The translations under genes were made by a program, and so were the position numbers. The notes beneath the pieces were generated by a model that saw only the letters and a list, made by a program, of their open reading frames with translations, did no database searches and was not told the origin of the DNA. 14,461 bases of DNA from an uncultured Acidobacteriota bacterium (GTDB taxonomy: Bacteria > Acidobacteriota > Thermoanaerobaculia > Multivoradales > JAHEKO01): contig CAVQNG010000036.1 in NCBI GenBank assembly GCA_963713825.1, positions 1 to 14,461 on the forward strand. The letters are read 5' to 3'. Below are positions 9,013 through 14,461 of the stretch, one piece after another. Position 1 is the stretch's first letter, and each line of letters begins with the position of its first letter.

Positions 9013-9862
9013 CTAGAGGTTGAGACTCCGGGCTCCCGACGCCTCCTGTTCATGCCCTGCAGCATACTCCCTGGGGGACATGTCCCCCAGGGAGCTGTGA
9101 GGGCGGTGGGGTGTAGTCGACCCTCCAGGCCTCTAGCTTCCTCCTGGCATCTTCGATTGAAAAGAATAGCTGGCCGTTGAGACATTCGTCCCGCAGACGA
9201 CCGTTGAAACTCTCGATAAACGCATTCTCCACAGGCTTTCCCGGCCGAATGGTCTCGAGCTGGACCCCGCGCCGATAGGCCCAAGAGTCCATCGCTTTCG
9301 AGTAGAACTCCGAGCCGTTGTCGACCGTGATCGCCGAGGGCAACGGATGGTGGAACGAGAGCCGTTCCAGGGCGTGTGCGACGCTCTGGCCCGTCATCGA
9401 GACCCCGGCCTCAAGGAGGGGACATTCGCGGCTAAAGTTGTCCACTACGGTCAGGATCCGAAACTGACGTCCATTCTCCAATCGGTCGCTGACGAAATCC
9501 ATCGACCAGCGCTCGTTGGGCGCCTCGGCCGGCGGCAGTACCAGGCGAAGATGGCTGGCCCGCTTACGGCGCTTCTTCGTGCGTACCGCCAAGCCTTCTT
9601 CGCAGTACAGTCGGTAGATCTTCTTATGATTCACCTTCCAGCCCTCACGCCGAAGTAGCACCCACAATCGCCGATACCCGAACCGTTGACGCGCTGCTGC
9701 CAGCTCTCGAAGCCGGCGGCGCAGCACTGGGTCCTCTTTCTTGACACTCGTGTACCGATGACTCGACCTCGCGAATTGAAGCAGCCCACACGCCCGACGC
9801 TCGCTGACCCGAAAGACATCTCGGAGCCAGATCACCAGCTCGCGCCTGCGTGCGGGCTTCAG
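9013..9862 (-). CDS. IS3-family transposase OrfB (DDE integrase core), -1 frame relative to OrfA
   Basis: Motifs [26 protein letters not shown] and [15 protein letters not shown]. After an indel near 9110 another frame gives [19 protein letters not shown] (TAG 9015-9013). Confidence 0.9.
9067..9094. repeat. Perfect 28-bp palindrome inside the 3' end of IS #1 orfB
   Basis: CTCCCTGGGGGACA|TGTCCCCCAGGGAG is its own reverse complement. Confidence 0.9.
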
Positions 9863-10125
9863 AGCTTTTTTGTGGTGACCTCCTGCAGCATGTGCTTGTC
9901 CAGGCTCAGGTCTGCCACCAGTCCTTTGAGCTTCCGATTCTCCTCACGCAGATGCCGCAGCTCGCGGAGCTCCGCCACACCCATGCCGGCAAACTTGCGG
10001 CGCCAGGTGTAGAAGGTCTGCTGGCTCACGCCCATCTTGCGGCAGATCTCCGTGACCGGCGTCCCCGCCTCCGCCTGCCGCAGCACATAGGCAATCTGCT
10101 CGTCTGTGTACCGTTTCCGCTTCAT
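9859..10125 (-). CDS. IS3-family transposase OrfA (HTH plus leucine zipper)
   Basis: 88 aa: [53 protein letters not shown]. Confidence 0.93.
   Translation of the reverse strand: MKRKRYTDEQIAYVLRQAEAGTPVTEICRKMGVSQQTFYTWRRKFAGMGVAELRELRHLREENRKLKGLVADLSLDKHMLQEVTTKKL
9865..9871 (-). other. Programmed -1 ribosomal frameshift heptamer A-AAA-AAG of IS #1
   Basis: The minus strand reads ACA AAA AAG CTC TGA. A -1 slip gives [14 protein letters not shown], in frame with orfB. Confidence 0.85.
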
Positions 10126-10164
10126 CGATCTGGTCGGCCTCCGTTGTTTGTACCAGTTTGAATG

Positions 10165-11310
10165 TTAGTGAATCGCCGGTTGTTTGTCCTTTCGGCTGGC
10201 CGCTAGCGGCCAGCCGCGCGCTTCGGGTGCAGGGGGTCGGTAGCCGAGCGACTGGTGTGGCCGGACGTGGTTGTACTGCCACCGCCAGCGCTCGGTGAGC
10301 ACCTGGACCTCCTTGAGCGTGTAGAAGATCTCGCCGTCGAGAAACTCGTCCCGGAGCCGCGCGTTGAAGGATTCGACGTAGCCGTTCTCCCAGGGACTGC
10401 CCGGCTCAATGAAGAGCGGAGCCACCTCCAGCCGGCCGAGCCACTCCCGGACCGCCTTGGCTGTGAATTCCGGGCCATTGTCGGACCGGATGTAGGTCGG
10501 CAGGCCTCGAGAGAGGAATAGGTCCGCCAGGGCTTCGATGACCTCCCAGGACGAGAGCTTCCGCGCCACGCGGATCGTCAAACACTCCCGCGTGAACTCG
10601 TCGACGACGACCAGCATCCGGTAGACGCGGCCATCTGTCGTCCGATCCTGGACGAAATCGTACGACCAGACGTGATTCGGCCCCTCCGCTCGTCGGCGGA
10701 TGCGCGAGCCATCGTGGAGCCACAGACGGCGGCGCTTCGGCTGGCGTTTCGGGACCTTGAGCCCCTCCCGACGCCACAGGCGCTCGACCCGCTTCGGACT
10801 CGCGGCGAAACCCTCATCTCGGAGAAACCGGGCGATCTTGCGATACCCATAGCGACCGTACTGCAACGCCAGTTCGGTCATCCGGTTCACGAGCTCCCCC
10901 TCGTCGGTACGTGGCGATCCACGGTAGCGCTGGGTCGAACGGGGCTGGCCCAAAGCCCGACACGCTCGGCGCTCGGAGACGCCCAGCTTGCGTTGGGCGT
11001 GCTCCACGAGCTGCCTTCGGCGAGCCGGGCTCAGAAGTTTCCCGAGGCGGCCTCCTTCAAGATGGCGTTGTCCAGCATCGACATCCGCCAGCAGCTTCTT
11101 GAGCCGCGCGTTCTCCAGTTCGAGTGCCTTCAGGCGACGGATTTCACTTCGATCGAGTCCACCGTAGCGTTTGCGCCACCGGTAGAACGTCTGCTCCGAG
11201 ATGCCTAGTTTGCGGCAGACCTCGGGGACCTTCAACCCTCGCCCCATCTCGATCTCCGCCTCCCGCAGCTTCACGATGATCTGCTCCGTCGAGTACCGCC
11301 TTGCGCCCAT
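10165..11310 (-). CDS. IS3-family transposase OrfAB, in one frame in this sequence
   Basis: AAGGAGG RBS before the ATG at 11310, HTH VCRKLGISEQTFYRW, DDE motifs WSYDF / RSDNGPEF / ENGYVESFNARLRDE, and YNHVRPHQSLGY. Confidence 0.93.
   Translation of the reverse strand: MGARRYSTEQIIVKLREAEIEMGRGLKVPEVCRKLGISEQTFYRWRKRYGGLDRSEIRRLKALELENARLKKLLADVDAGQRHLEGGRLGKLLSPARRRQLVEHAQRKLGVSERRACRALGQPRSTQRYRGSPRTDEGELVNRMTELALQYGRYGYRKIARFLRDEGFAASPKRVERLWRREGLKVPKRQPKRRRLWLHDGSRIRRRAEGPNHVWSYDFVQDRTTDGRVYRMLVVVDEFTRECLTIRVARKLSSWEVIEALADLFLSRGLPTYIRSDNGPEFTAKAVREWLGRLEVAPLFIEPGSPWENGYVESFNARLRDEFLDGEIFYTLKEVQVLTERWRWQYNHVRPHQSLGYRPPAPEARGWPLAASRKDKQPAIH
11037..11043 (-). other. Probable -1 frameshift heptamer G-GGA-AAC of IS #2
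   Basis: The minus strand reads TCG GGA AAC TTC TGA, ending the alternative-frame OrfA tail SMLDNAILKEAASGNF*. Confidence 0.7.
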
Positions 11311-11424
11311 CACGGACCTCCTTTCGCCGATCCCTAGGAGCCGAAAACTAACACTCCAGGTGGATCAGATTTTGGAGGCTCGACCACCAATGTCAGGACG
11401 AAGTCACCCGAAGTCTCGTCCTTT

Positions 11425-11493
11425 TGAAGCTGCCCCCTACGCTGGACCGAGAGCTGTGAGAGATTCCCGGTCCAGCTTTCGGGGGATGCCTCA
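11425..11493. mobile_element. 69-bp IS3-like miniature element: two imperfect inverted ends, no coding capacity
   Basis: Begins TGAAGCTGCCCCCTACGCTGGACCG and ends CGGTCCAGCTTTCGGGGGATGCCTCA (TG...CA). Its right end is the near-perfect inverted partner of 8936-8963. Confidence 0.6.
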
Positions 11494-11646
11494 GTGATCG
11501 ATGGCAACGCTCCGAGCGATGAGCCTTATCTTTGGACGGTGCCGTCGAACATTGCGTTGGGCAGCGACTACAAGGTGCAGCTGCGGGACTTGTCCGACAG
11601 CAGCTACGTGGATCGCTCGAACCGGATCTTCATTATCCAGGACTAG
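11494..11646 (+). pseudogene. 3' remnant of a probable secreted/surface protein with an Ig-like beta-sandwich (Kre9/'Ser-Thr-rich GPI-anchored'-like) domain
   Basis: Starts at the first base after the IR: VIDGNAPSDEPYLWTVPSNIALGSDYKVQLRDLSDSSYVDRSNRIFIIQD*. The Y.WTVP....G.DYK........D.S...F.I pattern is typical of the second half of that domain. Confidence 0.55.
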
Positions 11647-11760
11647 CCGGGATCGTTGCCCACGAGGTCAGAAAAAAGAATCGACCCCGCTTCTCATTGT
11701 GTTGGAAGGGTGGCAATGGGTCAGTTCAAAGAACCTGTGCTTAGTTCAGCTGGCCGCATG

Positions 11761-12963
11761 CTAGAGGGATAAAGCAAGTTCCTCGAGCAGCCGCGGTGCA
11801 ATGGCATTCCAGCGGAACTGCTTGGCCCAGGCTCTGATCTCGGCCTCATCGAAGCTCGATCTCTGCTGGCAATAAGTCTTGATACCTGCAGCAATGCTCT
11901 CCGGACTCGAGTCGGGAATCAATAGGCCATTGACGCCTTCACCCACTGCGTCAGTCGCGCCCCCCTCACGGCTGCAGATTACGGGCACTCCCGCGGCCGA
12001 AGCCTCGATGTACACGATTCCGAAGCCTTCGACGTCTCCGGGCGATGCTTTCGAAGCGAGAACGAACAGGTCGGCCTCGGAATAGCAGTCCAGGAGCTCT
12101 CGCTCGTTGACGCGGCCAGCAAACCGAATTCGACCTTGCAGGCCCAGTTCGACTGTCAGCTCTTCAAGTCTGTGCCGGTCGTCACCGTCCCCGACCACTG
12201 TGTAAGTGATATTCATCGTGTCAGCGAGCAGGCCTACTGCTCGGATGACGCCGTCGATGTTCTTCCGAGATACGCTCTGGCTCAGCTTGGCCACGGAAAG
12301 AACCCTAAGACCTTCGGTGGGTTCCGTCCTTGGAACCGAGAAGAAGACCTTGTTCACCCCAGGTGGTGATACCCGAATCCTGGTGTCATCGAGGCCCATC
12401 TCTTTTTGAAACAGTTCTGCTGTCCTTGTGCTGTTGCAGAAGACGAGTCTTGGCAGACCAACAGCTCCTCGAATGGCATTTCTGCGCAGCGAATGCCGAA
12501 ACTTTGCTGCGTAGGGCCTTCGCACCTTCTCGAGCCAACGCGGGCCGCATGGGATCCAGGGTCGGAGGAAGTCATTGCCATGAACGTATGCGAAAAACGG
12601 TTGGCGAAGGGTGCGAGCCAGAGGGATCAGGCCTGCATTGAGAGCCAGCCAGGCATCCACCTCGACTCTGTCCAGGGCTCTGCGGTCAGCCAACGGTTTC
12701 GTGGTCAACGAGGGATCCTCCGCAACTAGCGGGTCTCCGGTTCCAAGCCCTCGCCCGGTGAAGACGGAGACTTGGACATGGTCGGAGAGGGCCGCGACCA
12801 GGTCTCGAGCCAGAGATGGCATTCCACCAATCTGGGGAGGATACTCGGGAGCCAGAACTGCCAGATGAAAGGTGCTCGGCAGACTGGGCTCGGCTGGCTC
12901 CTCTGATTGAGCCCTGGTGGAGGTGCTCGAAGCCATTTCTCGTCGATCTGCCTTGTGTGTCAC
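11761..12963 (-). CDS. GT4 (GT-B, retaining) glycosyltransferase
   Basis: Motifs EYPPQIGG, YVHGND, NS..T, RKNIDG, VGDGD, DLFVL and EGFGIVYIEASAAGVPVI (EX7E). The GTG lies 3 nt after the upstream stop, with an alternative ATG at 12936. Confidence 0.93.
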   Translation of the reverse strand: MTHKADRREMASSTSTRAQSEEPAEPSLPSTFHLAVLAPEYPPQIGGMPSLARDLVAALSDHVQVSVFTGRGLGTGDPLVAEDPSLTTKPLADRRALDRVEVDAWLALNAGLIPLARTLRQPFFAYVHGNDFLRPWIPCGPRWLEKVRRPYAAKFRHSLRRNAIRGAVGLPRLVFCNSTRTAELFQKEMGLDDTRIRVSPPGVNKVFFSVPRTEPTEGLRVLSVAKLSQSVSRKNIDGVIRAVGLLADTMNITYTVVGDGDDRHRLEELTVELGLQGRIRFAGRVNERELLDCYSEADLFVLASKASPGDVEGFGIVYIEASAAGVPVICSREGGATDAVGEGVNGLLIPDSSPESIAAGIKTYCQQRSSFDEAEIRAWAKQFRWNAIAPRLLEELALSL

Positions 12964-12966
12964 TCC

Positions 12967-14346
12967 CTACTCCTCGAGGGCTCGAGTATGACTGCCCATG
13001 ATGACACCTCGGGCAGATATTGCTGGTTCGGCTTGGACCGACTCCGCCGCTGGCTCTACTGACCCGCGGGTAGCATTCGGTACGGAAGTGGATAGTCTGA
13101 TCGAAATCATGCCAAGGCCTGTAAGAAGCCAGTAGAGGCTGTTGACCCAGTCGGTGTTCGTAAAGACCGACTCGACGGCATTGTGGGTCAGGATGCCAGC
13201 GAGTCCGGCAGCGATCAGAAGCCCTGCAGACGAGACCTGCTGTAGTCGAGGCTGTCTGGACACCAGAATTCCTCGACCCATGGCGATCAGGGCCAACGAA
13301 ACATACAAAACCGTGGCGGGGAATCCGTAGGTCACGAGCAGGCTCAGGTACCCATTGTGTGGGGTTTTCGCTCCTCCTTTTCTGGACAGCTCCTCGTCCA
13401 CATCGATCCCATATCCGAACCAGGGGCTTTTCAATGCCTTCTCCCAGAAGAAACCCCAGCGATTCTCGATACGCCATTGCATCGTGTTCTCCTCCATTGG
13501 GTTCGAAGATTGTCATGGCGCGTCGGACGGTGGGGCGGGTCAAGAGATCGGGCTTCAGCGCAAACAGAATGAGCACCGCGGCGAGGCCTACCGGCACGAA
13601 CCTGAGGAACCGGGAACGTCCCTCGAGCCAGCTAGCAGGACCGCGACAACGGCGCACGTTCCCACTGCTGCACCTGCCGTAGCTCCTCTCGACCCCGCCC
13701 ACAGCAGTACTCGTCCAAGTAGCAGCAAACTGAGGCCGTAGAACCACCGCGAACGCCTACTGGTCTCGAGGATGATCGATCCGAAGCAGATCACGAAAGG
13801 TACAACCAGAGCCGCCCCGAGGCTGTTGCCAGATCCAAAGGGACCTACCGCTTTCACACCGCGAAGCCCCTGGGGCAACGCCATCAGTGCGCAAATATTG
13901 CCGGCGAGAACGACAGCAGTCAGAGCATGCCTGGTGCCTTTGATGCTGTTGAGGAAGAGGGCAGCCAGAGGATAGAACAGAATTGGTTTCCATCCGAAAC
14001 GATACACCTGGTAGATGATCCGGTGAATGGCTGTGAGGTGTTCCTGGTACTTGTCCGCTGTGAGGTATGCGACCGACATCAGGAGCCCCAGAGTGATCCA
14101 GACACCGAAGAAGGGAACTTGTTTTCGGACCTCCCGAAAAGTGAGCCGTTTTCGAACCAGGATTCCGAAGGTCAGGGCAGCGAAGATGACATCCGAAGGA
14201 TCGAGTAGAACCCCGCCGATCTGAGTCTGCCCCTGGAAGGGCACCAGCAGCACATCGAGTAGGAGAAGGCTGTACAGGGGGGCCGTGAGAGCGAGTGGGA
14301 ACGCCACCGCGCTCACGGCGACCAGAACTGTCGGTGATACCCTCAT
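12967..14346 (-). CDS. O-antigen ligase / Wzy-type polysaccharide polymerase (Wzy_C family); about 2 frameshifts
   Basis: Polytopic protein pieced from 14346-~13625, a middle frame (SRFLRFVPVGLAAVLILFALKP..FEP) and 13497-12967. Motifs GPFGSGN, AGSRGA, WR...W......SPWFGYG and TPHNGYL. Confidence 0.87.
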
Positions 14347-14419
14347 CGTGGGCTTTCTCTGGGGCTCTGGTTAGTCCTAGGCCCTTGCCAACGGAGGAGC
14401 GGCAGTTCCGGCCGTGCGG

Positions 14420-14461
14420 TCAGTCCGGCAACAACCTGACCAGCCATCTTGGAAGCCATTC
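14420..14461 (-). CDS. Possible 3' tail of the upstream gene in the same operon (unassignable)
   Basis: One minus frame reads EWLPRWLVRLLPD*. It is too short to identify, and other frames are also open. Confidence 0.2.
   Translation of the reverse strand, partial: EWLPRWLVRLLPD

Larger units (their letters stand above)
8987..10130 (-). mobile_element. IS3-family insertion sequence #1, left end missing
   Basis: Right end TGACCTGCCCCCAGACCCTGTACC at 8987 and an orfA/orfB pair with an A6G frameshift site. The element is cut 5 bp upstream of the orfA ATG by IS #2, and no matching left IR is seen. Confidence 0.88.
10131..11386 (-). mobile_element. IS3-family insertion sequence #2, full length (about 1.26 kb)
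   Basis: Imperfect terminal IRs TGGTCGAGCCTCCAAAATCTGATCCA (minus strand from 11386) and TGGTCG-GCCTCCGTTGTTTGTACCA (plus strand from 10131) enclose a complete transposase. No target duplication is visible (GATC versus CCAA). Confidence 0.92.

Noticed and set aside
8835-9284. ORFs spanning the left IS boundary (8835-9284 minus, 8920-9180 plus)
   Set aside because: They cross IR junctions and overlap orfB out of frame, with no protein-like signal.
11501-11764. 87-aa and 70-aa plus-strand ORFs from the track
   Set aside because: The third frame (11494-11646) is the one with a domain-like pattern, and these are its shadows.
12686-13747. 353-aa minus-strand ORF
   Set aside because: An off-frame shadow of wzy and GT4. 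Only about 40 codons are the true middle piece of the frameshifted wzy.
1-14461. CRISPR arrays, tRNA/rRNA, riboswitches, retron, DGR or anti-phage defence genes
   Set aside because: No regularly spaced repeats, RNA-gene signatures, reverse transcriptase or nuclease motifs were seen other than the IS DDE domains.

Overview
This GC-rich bacterial window holds part of a cell-surface/exopolysaccharide locus split by a cluster of IS3-family elements. On the minus strand at the right are a Wzy/O-antigen-ligase-type polymerase (14346-12967) and a GT4 glycosyltransferase (12963-11761). The IS cluster (8936-11493) contains two co-oriented IS3-family elements bracketed by a third, transposase-less pair of near-identical IS3-like ends, and it abuts a truncated Ig-like domain remnant. 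Next is a membrane-anchored sulfatase-fold protein with Thr in place of the formylglycine Cys/Ser. It converges on a plus-strand coupled operon: FAD oxidoreductase, GtrB/ArnC-like GT2 and a GT-C membrane transferase. Divergent from that operon are an LPG-synthase-TM (putative flippase) gene, a methyltransferase-like remnant and a WcaJ/WbaP-type priming sugar transferase that runs off the left edge. Many genes carry small indels, often in short homopolymers, most simply explained as long-read assembly errors, so several CDSs were reconstructed by eye across frames. All family assignments come from motif recognition, not from database searches.
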